Shown: positions 10,990 to 23,080 of the stretch, piece after piece
Numbering within the stretch: position 1 is the first letter of the stretch
Layout of the letters: every line of letters starts with the position of its first letter
NCBI GenBank assembly: GCA_964016885.1
Contig: OZ024740.1
Location: 11,966,001-12,030,000, forward strand
Reading direction: 5' to 3'
Source: Eledone cirrhosa
Taxonomy: Eukaryota
Length of the DNA: 64,000 nucleotides
Notes under the pieces: generated by a model
Databases searched by the model: none
The model's input: only the letters and a program-made list of their open reading frames with translations
Told to the model about the DNA's origin: nothing
Made by a program: the position numbers and the translations under genes

Positions 10990-11300
10990 CCATTGCGCTT
11001 GGCCACACAGCAGGCCCAGTGGACAGAATAGAGAGGGCGTTTCCCCGGAGGATGGTGAGGGAGATGCGTTGGAAGAGCCATTTCAGCTCGCAAGGCTCAC
11101 ACCTGCAGGTAACCAACTCCATGCCGATGGTGGTGAGTAAGGAGGTGGTCCTAGGGCCAAGGACACCAGAAGTCTCCACTGCTAAGGGTTCAACTGCAAA
11201 CCTGCCAGAGAGCAACCAATATTTGGAGAAGTTACCCTCCTCAGCCCAAAGTGCAGCAGAGCCTGGGTTAGTCACAGACTGCACCAGGTCAGTACTGGAT
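10990..11300 (-). pseudogene. C-terminal restriction-like endonuclease region of a CRE-type non-LTR retrotransposon
   Basis: SAALWAEEGNFSKY...FAVEPLAVETSGVLG...WLFQRISLTILRGNALSIL matches the CRE/RLE C-terminal signature (P.AVET.G, QR.S..I.RGNA). Confidence 0.85.
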
Positions 11301-13109
11301 TTGAATTAATTATTGAAGAAATTTACTAAGGTTATTAATGATTTCATTATTAAGATGGTATTTGAATCATAAGATAACAAAAGTAAAATTATGTTGGAAG
11401 ATTTTAATTTAAATGCATGCAAGCATGGACCCCTAACTCCTGAGTGAGTTATACGGGTGCTGTATTGACAGTATTTCTAGGGCAGTTTTAAACCTGGCAA
11501 ACTCATCTCTCCAGGTCTGAATACAGCAGATTTCTTCCCGAGAAGGCTAGAGAGTGAGAAAGAGATAGAGGAAGAACCAACCCCATTACTTGACTGGTTC
11601 TTTTTTATCAACCTGGAATGGATAAAAGGCAAAGTTGACCTTGGTTCGTTTAAATAGAAACCCTTTAAATTGGGTGGTTTTGTTTCATAGAACCAGCGGC
11701 AGTTTTAAGTTGGAATCAAAAGGGATATGAAAATATACAGGCATTATAACAAAGAATATGTGAAGGAAGACAGCCTAGTGGTGAAGTTGTTAGTCTCATT
11801 GTCACAAGGTTGTAGGTTCGATACTGAAAATGAGTGCCAGCAGCTGCTCGGATAAAACCTTGTGACAGACTGGCATTCTATTCCAAAGTAATGTATAACC
11901 ATGTAGAGACAAATGAGATGCAGAGTCGTTTTATACGACAGTTGCCCTAGATACAGTGGAATAGAACCCAGGATCACAGGTTTATGAAGCAAACATCTTA
12001 AACAACTGTCAATGATACCTCTAGCTATCTCTATATCAACATATTCTAAGGACCAACCATTAAATTGAAATAATTTTGAGCTACAACTTATTTTATAGCT
12101 AAGAAAACGATAGAGATTGAGACAAGTCAATGAGGGAATTTACATGAGGTCCTGCAACCTACTAGAAATAGCAGACAAACCTCTTCCAAATCACATTTTA
12201 CTGACTGAAATAAGGGAGGACACATTTAAGAATGTAGTCGATAATATACAAAAGACAGGAATGTCATGGCCTTTCATTATAGGGAGTAAGTTCAATCAAG
12301 ACTGTCTTAGATTTGAACAACAATACTAAGTGTATGTATGTGTGCATATATATATATGCATGTTAACATGTGCATTTCTGCATGTGTGTGGATGTGTGCC
12401 ATTCAGTATGAGTGTGCGTGATAATATTTTGGGAAATATCAAAATTCAGAAGCCATCCCATATAGTAACAGACAGCATCATCATCATCAACAGCACCACT
12501 ATATCCATTTCATGATAGTTGAACAGGACATCTCCAGTCAACCTGATCAGCTGCCAGATTCAATATCCCAGTTCTATAACAGATTGCCTCACGGGAACCC
12601 CATCACCATCAACATGCATCATGCATATGTTGTAGTCACCTCTCATTGTGCAGTCAGTCACATTTCACTGGGCACAAGTAATTTCTCTGACTCACTACAC
12701 AACCAGTGAACCGTAACAATTTTGATCCTCCCCTTCCAGTAGCTAACTGACCTTCTCCATCTTTTTTACTACCATGCAGCTTCACACTGAGGTAGACTAC
12801 ATAGCCGCTCCACCTGATAGAAATAGCAGCAAAATCTCTATTACATTACACTCTATTGTCTTAAAAAAGGAAGGCCACACTGAATAATGTAGTTCTAGAT
12901 ATACCACAAAAGATAGTCAGGATTAGAATGTCCTTTGATCGCAGACGTCTTAGATCAGAGGAAGGGGTTGAACAACAAAAATAGTTATGACGAAATGTGC
13001 ATCATAATTGGACCTCTGTCAGTTTCAACGATGAGTATTCCAGTTTAGTTAACAGATTGGTTTGTTCATTAAACTAACTAGCAGAAAAACCAGCCTTCAG
13101 GTGGCGTTT

Positions 13110-13708
13110 CTGCTAACATGTGTAGTGTGTATATTGATATTATAGGCAAGTATATATACATGTAGATATTATATATCTGCTAGTATGTGTAGTGTGTATA
13201 TTGATATTATAGGCAAGTATATATACATGTAGATATTATATATCTGCTAGTATGTGTAGTGTGTATATTGATATTATAGGCAAGTATATATACATGTAGA
13301 TATTATATATCTGCTAGTATGTGTAGTGTGTATATTGATATTATAGGCAAGTATATATACATGTAGATATTATATATCTGCTAGTATGTGTAGTGTGTAT
13401 ATTGATATTATAGGCAAGTATATATACATGTAGATATGATATATCTGCTAGTATGTGTAGTGTGTATATTGATATTATAGGCAAGTATATATACATGTAG
13501 ATATTATATATCTGCTAGTATGTGTAGTGTGTATATTGATATTATACACAAGTATATATACATGTAGATATTATATATCTGCTAGTATGTGTAGTGTGTA
13601 TATTGATATTATACACAAGTATATATACATGTAGATATGATATATCTGCTAGTATGTGTAGTGTGTATATTGATATTATACACAAGTATATATACATGTA
13701 GATATGAT
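13110..13708. repeat. 67-bp minisatellite, about 9 copies
   Basis: CTGCTAG recurs at 13177, 13244, ... (period 67). Confidence 0.96.
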
Positions 13709-14619
13709 ACAACAAATAACATCGTAATTGACAATATACACAGAAATTGAAGGAAGACTGTGTTACACTGTCTTATGTAATCAGTAACGTAATTCATGAT
13801 ACATTAAAAAAAGACGATATTATATATAAACTGCATTAGGATAAAATTAGTGACAAATATATGAATGTTTGTTTAAGCGATCGCTAACCGGAAGTGTTGA
13901 CATTTGAAAATTTTAAAGTGAATCTTAAAATAAGCAACAAAATTATTTATATTTAATCAAGAATAACAAAATTTAGTAGATACATTATGTTAATATTCAT
14001 TCATTATTTCTTCAAAATAATCCAACTTATTTTACAAACAGGATAAAAAATATATTCTGGACGCAGTCCCACACTCCTTACTTTATTATAGTTTAGATTT
14101 ATAGCTCAATATTTCACTGACCACTGTTTGGTCAAGTAGCTCAATATTCTGCTGACCAATGTACTTTTAACATAGTTACTAAGTCAAATCAGTTTGACAC
14201 AATGTGACATAGCTGCACCTATCAATTGCAGATAGAGTCCCTTTGACAAACTTCTAATCAGATTCTGTCTATTCCACTTTACACACAAGGCTTCGGTTGA
14301 CCTGAGGCTGCAGTACAAGGATAGGCTGAACAGTTCATAGGCCGACTCTGAAGGAGTGATGCTAGAGCTATGAAATCTTACATGTATTAATTTCAACTTA
14401 ATTTCAAATGCATTGTTTATTTCCAGGGACTATGTTGAAAAATAAACCTCATTTGGTCATTCCATGAGAATATCTTGGTCACACTATAAATTATTCAGCT
14501 GACCTTTGTAAGACACCGAAAATACCAGACAATGGAACAGAACCTGAAACTTTAAGAGTGTTAAACAATCTTCTTAACCATTTGGTCATACTGCTTACAA
14601 TTAGACCAATACAGCTTAG

Positions 14620-15638
14620 TGTTCAGGCAGCATGGCGTGGAAGGCGGCCAGCACGATGGCGACAGGAAAGTGAGTGGAGGTCAAAAGAGTCCACGGTGGA
14701 TCGACAGCGACATTTATGTGGCTCGCAGATCCGGAGGCCAAGCCTCAGGGAAACGCTGATGCGCAGGCTATCGTTATCATGCTGCATGCCAGTGGAGAAG
14801 GAGGGCAAGGCATGGAGCCAGGCACCACTGTGGGGTTTGGAGGTCGTGCGAAAACAGGCAAGGCGGTGCTGGGCAAGCTGGCGCGTGAGCCTGTATGAAG
14901 CCAGGCTGCACTGGATGGCATCCCAAGGGTTTGAGGAACTTGACGTCAGCAGGGGGAGAAGGAGGAGGGACATCTACTGGGCTAAGTCCCAACCGGTCCC
15001 ACGTCTCACAGGCAGCCTCACGTTCCCTGATCACAGAGGGTTCCATTATTTTGGAGAACCCTGCTGATGAGGACACAGCATGAGGTTACCGATGAAAGAA
15101 ACGCCGGCAAAGCCAGCGAGATCGGGGACCAGAGGTCAAAGCTGCCATACCTGACAGGTAAAGTGGCCTGTTGCCACCCAATGTCGTCAAACCTGACGTT
15201 GCATATCTCCTCAGCTGCCGCTCGGATACAAGTATCGAGGTGAGCGAGGAGAGATGCATGGCTGTAACACAGAGCTTCAGCATGGCAGTCCCTCAACAGG
15301 TTGAGAGCTGGGTGGTTGTCAATCAAGCCCAGTTGGTTCGTGAGGGTCTTGAGTTGCTGGAACCTGAACCTGATGGTGGAGTGGATGGCCGGCGGGTGGA
15401 TCGGTGACCTGAGGATGAGGACATCCTCTTTGGGGGTCACTTGTACCTGGTGGAGAATGGACCACACGTCTGGAACGGAGGCTGCAAAGCTGTCAGCATC
15501 GTGATTGACACTCACCACCTCCAACTTGGACAAGTTGACCTTGAGGCTGATTCCCGCCAGGGCTGGAACCACCGATTGTAGGTCATGGCAGATAGTCTCT
15601 ACAGGCCCACCCAACATAGCATCATCCAGGTATGTCAT
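14620..15638 (-). pseudogene. CRE-type non-LTR retrotransposon fragment (RT from YLDD to zinc knuckle), frameshifted
   Basis: YLDD...GG, LKVNLSK, WQQATLPVRYG, SGAWLHALP, ISVSLRLGL.ICEPHKCRC...HSLSC...RH across ORFs 15018..15638 and 14623..14973. Confidence 0.88.
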
Positions 15639-16771
15639 TCTAAGACAGGGTTTTTTGTTTTGTTTATTTAAATGGTAGAGTATAATTCAAGGAGGGTTTA
15701 GCTACTATTGCTCTCAGATTGAGGGATCATAGGTGCCTTCTTCATTAGTTAAGTCTCATACATTAAGAACTGGTTTTACTTTGTTGTTATAACAAAATAT
15801 GAAGGAGGTATTGTAAAGTAGTTGTGTCAACCATCTTGAGTAGCAACTAAATAGATACAGCAGAGAGAAATATTGAATGAAATACAATAACTCTTGTTAT
15901 AACCTTCAAGGTCACATTCATTAGTCTAATTAATTGATGTCAATCTAATTAGTATCATCTTTAGAGGGGGGGGGGACAAAACTGAAATCTTGAAATACGT
16001 GATTAGAAAACAAAAAAATATATATATGTTGGTATGGTTTCTACAGCTGGAAACCCTTCCAAACACTAGCCACCTTACAGGGTGAGCTTGGATGTGTTTT
16101 TCCTGTCACCAGCACTACCACATTACAGAGTGGACTGAGTGTATTTTATATGGTACCAACATTAACATTTTACCAGATGTACTAGGTACATGTTATTGTG
16201 ACACCAAAGTTATCACATGTTGGGTTGAAGATTTGTTTCATTTCTATTACTAAACTCTCCAGTTTGTCACCATGTTTACTTGAAAAAGGACCCAATAATC
16301 AGGGTGATTAAACCTGTTGTGGAACCTACATGACTAACCCCTGCTTTAACAAGGAAAATGGTTCTAAATCCCTTCTGTTGTAGTACCAGATAAATTAAGA
16401 GACAAGTTTTGGGGTTGATTTAATCAACTAACCCCTTCCTACAAACATGTGGCTGGGTGCCAATGCACAAAATTATCATCATTGGCAGCAGGAATGTATA
16501 GAACCTCCCCTTCCATTCTTATCTGTCATCAAATGTTTTTATCAATATGTCAGAATTTAAAGAATTTATAGAATTTCTCTCTTTTCCTTCGACTCATCTG
16601 ACCTACACTGAATTTTATCAAATACTCATTACATTCATTAGATATTTCTTTAAATATTTGTTCATTAAAGATTCTTATAGCTTCTAAGAAATTATAACAC
16701 TCACTGATTAAAACAATAATGGTAAAATAATTCTGTGTTTAAGAACCACATTATTTACAGGTATCAAATAT

Positions 16772-17062
16772 TACAGAGAGGACCAGATACCTCCCACAGG
16801 GGACCAGACACCTTCCACAGGGGATCAGGTACCTCCCACAGGGGATCGGACATTACACACAGGGGACCAGATACCTCCTATAGGGGATCAGACACTATAC
16901 ACAGGGGACCAGATACCTCCCACAGAGGATCAGATACCTACCACAGGGGACCAGACATTATACACAGGGGATCAAATATCTCCCACAGAGGACCAGATAC
17001 CTCCCACAGAGGATTAGACACCTCCCACAGAGGATCAGACACTATACACAGGGGATCAGATG
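16772..17062. repeat. Degenerate 21-bp minisatellite, about 14 copies
   Basis: Unit CACAGGGGA(C/T)CAGATACCTCC; produces the HRGPDTS peptide repeat in ORF 16735..17343. Confidence 0.9.
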
Positions 17063-17794
17063 CCCCTTCCCCACTGAATACCAAATACTACACACAGAAG
17101 ACCTGTCATTTCCCACTCAGTACCAAATTCTTCATAGAAGGGACTAGATACTCCCTGCCACTGAGTACCAGATACAACAGAGTGGAGCAGAGACTTTTCA
17201 CGGGATGCTGGATACTTCCGACAGGGACCAAATACCTCGCCCTCAGTACCAAATACTTCACACAGGAGACCAGATACTATACACAAGGACTTTACACATA
17301 TAGCACACACAAGACCATTACCAACAAGAGGCCACCATTATAAACAGAGTGCCATGGAATACATATCTATGATTAATATACATTTAGACTGATTGTGTAA
17401 ATAAGTATGTGGTTAAACTAGAGATCTTCTTCCCTCAGTCCCTGCAGAAAGAACCACAGTTTAACAGGATCTAGTTACACAGCAAATAGTTTTATTAGAT
17501 ATATACATGTTAGATTTATTAACATCCATGACTGTCTTAGTTGTGTAAGTTAAAAGACATCTCTCTAATCCATGTCAACATTGATTACATACACTTACAG
17601 GTGATAATTATATTATGACAGTTTTATTGTAGATGTTTACATCATTATTTACTGCTCTACTCAACGGTAGATAGTGATAGAAATATATAAACATGATATT
17701 TAGAGAAGTATTACATTATTAGTAACAACACTAGAAGACTGGCTGTTTCCTATTTTACATATTGAAATGATTCAAAAATAAAATGTAAAACAGA

Positions 17795-17917
17795 AACAAT
17801 AATGGTTTCTGTTTTAAACACAAAGTCAACAGTTCTAGGGGAGGGGAAAGTTAATTAAATTGACCCCAGTGTATTACTGGTGCTTTATTTTATCAACTCT
17901 GTAAGGATGAAAGGCAC
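17795..17917 (-). mobile_element. Nin/Deu-domain-like SINE, 3' part
   Basis: aataatggtttc...ttgaccccagtg...tttattttatcaac...aaggatgaaaggca; reverse complement of the 58280-58398 region. Confidence 0.8.
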
Positions 17918-18535
17918 ATTACAGTGTGGACTGGGTATTTTTTGTCATGTCACCGGCATGACCGCCTTACAGAGTGATCTGGGTGCTTTTGATAAAAATG
18001 ATGAGATTTTGAAAAATCAGTCCTCATCACCCTGATTGTATCCTGAGCTGATGTCGAAATAATTGTAATATGTCAAAGTTTGTACATATGCTGCAACACT
18101 CACTGACTCTTTAAAACACAAACTAAGGAATTTAGTAGTGTACAAACAAGAACTAAGTACGTTTCATCATTTTACCATCTATTTACATTTTAGTTTCCCA
18201 TTATTTACTTTCAGTGCCAATTCACCGAGAATTGGCAGTATCGGTAGAGGGTCGGACACCATGCTTTGCAGCATAGAGTTACGGTCCTTTACGGTCTGAG
18301 TTCAAATCCCGCTGAGGTTAATAATAATAATAATGAAAATATTGTGTACAGTGCTCAGGTGCACTACAACTCATCAAAAGTGTATGTATAGTACATAGGG
18401 TAATGTACAAATGTCAGAAAAATGAACAGTGCAGGAGTCATGATATACACATGTGTGCATGTGTATGGAAGGGGTACATCGGGTGTAGTTTTGGTGAATT
18501 TCGGGAAATATGAGGGTTTTAAAGGATGCAGTGTC

Positions 18536-21240
18536 TCAACAGCTAACAACTGACGCAGGCAGTTTGTTCCATGCTTCAGCAACTCTGAGCGTGAAAAAAT
18601 GTTTCCGAAAGTCATGGGAGCTGTGTTGTTTTCTGATTTTGTAGGCATGTCCACATGTGTTAGACACATGGAGATCAAAAAGGTGCTCCGGGTTGTTGTT
18701 GGCGAGATGGTTAATAACTTTGTGGGTGTTTACCAAGTCCATTGCCAAACATCGGAGCTTCAATGAATCCATGCACAGGGAAGCAAGGTGTTCAGAGTAT
18801 GGTAGGTGTCTGATTGGAGGATATGCGCTTGGTTTCACGTCTCTGAACAAGATAGGGGTTCCAGACTGATGTGAATTCCAAGTGTGGTCGTACCATAGCT
18901 GTATACAGCTTTAAATAGATGGCTGGAGAGCGGCTAACAAAGGTCTTGCTGAGTGATGCCAAGACACCCTCGGCCTTCTTGACAATCTTAGAGATGTGCT
19001 TTGTCCAACGCAAATCGCTGCTGACAGTAATGCCCAGGTCACGTTCACAAGAGGACTTCTTGATATCAGTGTTGTGGAGGGAGTGTGTGGACGCTGGGTT
19101 TTTCCTCCCAAAATGCATGATGGTACACTTGTCCACAGCCAGCTTCAGTTGCCAGTCTGTGATCCATTGCTGCATTGTGTGCAGGTCTGATTGTAGGAAA
19201 GAGTTGTAGATTTCAGGATCTGTCCTTTTGATTTCAAGGTACAGCTTGATGTCATCTGCATATTTTAGTACCGTGGCATTCTTTAAGTTGGCATCTATCT
19301 CATTAATATATGCCACAAACAAAAGGGGACCAAGAACAGATCCCTGTGGTACACCAGATGACATCTCATATGGTGAAGAATGCTGTTCTAGAACCGTGAC
19401 TACCTCTTTTCGGCTGAGAATGAAGGATTTCAACCAGTCGAAAAGATCATCCCTCACACCCATTGCAGAGAGTTTCGCCATAAGTCTTTTGTGTGGCACA
19501 GAATTAAAAGCCTTAGCGAAGTCAAGGTAAACAACATCCACCCATGAGCCGCTGTCAGTGATCCGGGTAATGTCTTCAAGGAACTCGATAAGCTGATCAC
19601 AGCAGCTGGAGTTAGGGATAAATCCAAATTGCGAGGGTCGGATGAGGCTGTGAAAGCTCCAGAAGTTCCAAAGTGCTTCTCTGACACACGATTCCATCAG
19701 TTTGGCAATACAGCTAGTAAGACAGACTGGACAATAGTTGACAGGTGACGTGCGGTCGCCCTTTTTGAAGAGGGGAATGACACTGGCAGTTTTCCACTGC
19801 TCCGGAGTAGCACCATTGTTGAGACAGTATTGAAAGAAGAAAGAAAGCTGGTGCAAAACCCTCCACGTTTGAGAAGCAGGTATGTAACACCATCAAGACC
19901 AGGGGAGGCATAGTTGCACTTATTCTTAAGGTGACGTCGCAACATTGCAGGTGTAAATTTCATAGTTGTTATGGAATTTGATGTTAGAGATGATGGAGAT
20001 GGTACATTCTGGTTTTCAACAGTAAAAATGCTTGCATAGCACTCAGCAATGAGTTCTGCGCATTCCTTGGGATCGTCAGTGATCTGGCTTGTGTGGGGAT
20101 TGCGAAGAGGACCAACTGGAGAGTGAGGTCTCTGCTTTGAATGTACATATTTCCAGAACACCTTACTGTCAGGATTGGTTGCTATGCACTGTTCAAATTC
20201 AAGCACTGCCTTTCTTGTCACTTGCTTGAGATGGTTGGAAGATTTATTCCGCTTCTTTCTGTTGGCATCTGATTTATGCAGTTTATATTCCTGTTCAGCA
20301 TTTCAACGTTCTTTCCTGGCAAGTCGGACCACTGAAGTTTCCCAAATTGCACTTTTGGGGTGTTTTTTTTTCTGCTTACGTGGCACTGATGCTGCACATG
20401 CTATCTATATTGAGTCCAGGATGCTCTGGAGTATAGTGTTCACATCTCCAGAGTTATAGAACTCATGCGAGTTTGGGCACTGTAGCTCAGTGCAGTACAA
20501 GTTCCAATCTGCTTTCTTCCAATCATAGCAAGCAGATTGGAGATGGTTCTGATTTTTGCTGCTGCTCGCAAGAGCCAGATTGATAATGATCATAGCATGA
20601 TCAGAGTCGCCTAGAGGTTCCTCAGTAGTACAACTGATAACCACTTCAGGAGTCGTGGTGAAGATCAGGTCCAAAGTGTTGTCACCTCTTGTTGGAGAGG
20701 TGACTACTTGTGACCAGTTTGAGTCCAGCACTAGCTCAAGGAAATCGTTTGCACTTTGTGGCCAACGAAAGGTTTCCCAATCAATCTCAGGATGATTGAA
20801 GTCACCTGCAATAAACACATAAGTGGCTGTTTTCCTGGCAGCAGCTCTGAGGATATCGCAAAGCTGTGTGTCCTGATGGTAGTTTGGGGGGCGATAAACA
20901 ACACCAAGCAGAAGTGTTGACATGGTCATACGTATGTCACAGAAAAAAACTTGTGATTCGTTCAAATCAATGCAAGGAATTACCGAAAAGTTTGAACGAA
21001 CGTAGACCATCACACCACCACCACAGCGATTAATGCGGAACAGGTTGTACCCAGTAATGCTGAAAACTCCATCACAGAGTAAGGGATGTGCCCAAGTTTC
21101 CGTGACTGAAGTTAGGGTCTATGCTTCTGACGTAGGAGTTAAACAGATGTATCTTGTTGCTTAAACTGCGAGCATTTAAGGACAACAATTTGTACCCTGC
21201 TTGCAGTTTATGATGGTGTGTAGAGGATAGCAGGTTGTTC
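18536..21240 (-). pseudogene. CR1 ORF2 (APE endonuclease plus reverse transcriptase), with several frameshifts/stops
   Basis: Split across ORFs 20405..21013, 19697..20221, 18792..19856 and 18536..18850; no ATG seen at its 5' end immediately after the ORF1 stop. Confidence 0.93.
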
Positions 21241-21244
21241 TGGT

Positions 21245-22441
21245 TTAGTTTTCCAGAGTTGTTGCAGTTTTTTCATTGCCAGTTATTGTGGGTAGAGCGC
21301 ACTCAGACCAGCTGGTATCTCTCTTCCACGTTTCACCAGCTTTAACAAACCTCCAGATCTGCCCATTATCACGCAGACTAAAACTTTCATATGCTGAGTT
21401 CCGATTCAAGGAAGCTGCAGCACGTAGCTTTAGACGTACATTAGGTGGTAGGCCTGGGCGTGTTCGGAAGGTAATCCGATTTTCACGCCCAGCTTTAACA
21501 GAGGCCAGATGATATGAAATTGCCTCAGCGAGGTCCGAAAAAGACAGCCTGATGAGTCTGGGTTTTGGACCAGGTCGACCAAGGCGGAGAGCACCCTTTG
21601 GGGTAACACAGCCTAGGTCTTTGGCTGAGCTGGCAGCAAATGCCTGAAGATCAGCCTTGCCCTCTGGTACCCCAATGGCAATTACTTCATGGGTAGCAAA
21701 TTCCGCAGTCTTCTCAGTGTGCCCAGATACGGCAAGAGGTACAGGGAGATTCTTTAGCAAGGCATTCCGATAAGACCCTTCATTGTGGGGTCCTACCCGA
21801 ATGCTTGCTTTTATTCCTGTTACTTCCCTTCTTAAAGCAGAAATCATTAGCTGCAATTCTGCAAAATCTGTGCTGGTCGGTTGTTGCTGTTGCTGCTGCT
21901 GTTGTTGCTGTTGCTGTTCCTCCACGTGAATGGTAGGGGAAGACACAGTCGTCGGTTGTTGGTGTCGAGATGTACTGGGAGCGGAAGACATGGGTTGCTG
22001 TTGTTTCTGATGTTCTTCCACAGGAATAGCAGCAGAAGCCAGTGTCATAGGTTTTTGCTGTTGTTCAATAACAATGGTAGAGGAAGATACAGTCATCGGT
22101 TTTTTTTTTTCAATAACATTGGTGGAGGCAGGCACACAGGCCAGGCACTGAAAGGACCAAGATTTTAGCTGGACCATCTCCCAGAGTCCATCCATCATAG
22201 CAATATGATGTCTCTTTTTGGGGCCTGGGATCCTCCGGAAGCCTGTGGCGCATTGAAGGCAGACAGAGATGCGACAGGTTCCACATTCGACCCACATTCG
22301 ATTACGGAACGAGTTTCCGGGTTCCGTACAGGTATGGCAGGTGTGATTTTCTGGGCAATGTTCTATTTTGGAACATCGACCAGTTTTGTTGCATACTTCA
22401 TCCATGGATATCACCCTGGCAATTTTGTTATTTCTGCCCAT
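21245..22441 (-). CDS. CR1 ORF1p (398 aa): PHD-like zinc finger, Q-rich linker, coiled coil, RRM-like region
   Basis: CHTC...WVECGTC...VCLQC...FQCLAC; poly-Q; VIAIGVPEG and LRLGRPGPKPRLIRLSF motifs typical of CR1/L2 ORF1. Confidence 0.88.
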   Translation of the reverse strand: MGRNNKIARVISMDEVCNKTGRCSKIEHCPENHTCHTCTEPGNSFRNRMWVECGTCRISVCLQCATGFRRIPGPKKRHHIAMMDGLWEMVQLKSWSFQCLACVPASTNVIEKKKPMTVSSSTIVIEQQQKPMTLASAAIPVEEHQKQQQPMSSAPSTSRHQQPTTVSSPTIHVEEQQQQQQQQQQQQPTSTDFAELQLMISALRREVTGIKASIRVGPHNEGSYRNALLKNLPVPLAVSGHTEKTAEFATHEVIAIGVPEGKADLQAFAASSAKDLGCVTPKGALRLGRPGPKPRLIRLSFSDLAEAISYHLASVKAGRENRITFRTRPGLPPNVRLKLRAAASLNRNSAYESFSLRDNGQIWRFVKAGETWKRDTSWSECALPTITGNEKTATTLEN

Positions 22442-23080
22442 CCGTAGAAAAACACAGAATGCAAAGAATATAGGTTTAGCACACTTGATTACAATAGAAA
22501 TAAAATGTTTGTATTTTGTTTTGTCTTTTTGTGTATTTTTGTTTCCGTTTTCCTAAATATTGTGTGTGTGTACAAAAGAATCTGTGCATGTAAACAAATA
22601 AATATGCTGCGTAAGTTAACAAGATAAATGTTTGTTTATGTTTTGTATTTCTGTTTCTGTTTTCCTATTATGTGTGTGTGTGTGTATACAAAAAGATCTG
22701 CACACGAATATATAATTATATATATATAATTAAAATGTATATGTATGTTAGAAGCGAAGTCAATGTTCAGGAAGATTTTACAAATGTACGTAAGATTGGC
22801 CGGTATAGTGTCTCACACGAAATAGTGTAGTTTCTTTTCACTTTGCTTTTCATCCTTACGGGGTCGATAAAATAAAGTACCAGTCACGCACTGGGGTCGA
22901 TTTAATCGACTTTCTCTTCCCCTAAAATTGCTGGCCTTGTGCCTATTATAAGAAACCATTATTTACTTTCAGTGTTGAAATATAGGACAACTGAAAGATT
23001 TACATTTATTCCTGAAGTTCTGTTATCAGAAATATTCATAGTAAAACTAATTCTAGATTTCAAGTTCTCCCATAGTTATA

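Larger units (their letters stand above)
18320..22839 (-). mobile_element. Apparently full-length CR1-clade LINE (5' UTR, ORF1, APE-RT ORF2, 3' UTR, (ATT)n tail)
   Basis: ORF1 with PHD-like finger; APE motifs LNARS, VYRPP, GDFN, PTRGDNTLDL, SDH; RT motifs YLDFAKAF, GVPQGSVLGP, YADD; CR1 C-terminus FFTLRVAEAWNKLP; (TAA)n at 18320-18334. Confidence 0.95.
18217..22955 (+). mobile_element. tRNA-derived SINE split by LINE insertion (5' half ~18217-18320, 3' half ~22840-22955), flanked by a 19-bp direct repeat
   Basis: Halves join to match the intact copy at 58178-58398; CCATTATTTACTTTCAGTG at 18198-18216 and 22956-22974. Confidence 0.9.

Noticed and set aside
14420-14555. Possible host exon (splice-acceptor-like TTTCAG/TTCCAG on either strand)
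   Set aside because: Only short open frames and no recognisable protein similarity.
16735-17343. 202-aa HRGPDTS repeat protein
   Set aside because: Explained by a 21-bp minisatellite; non-ATG start and no recognisable domain or splice support, although an exon cannot be fully excluded.
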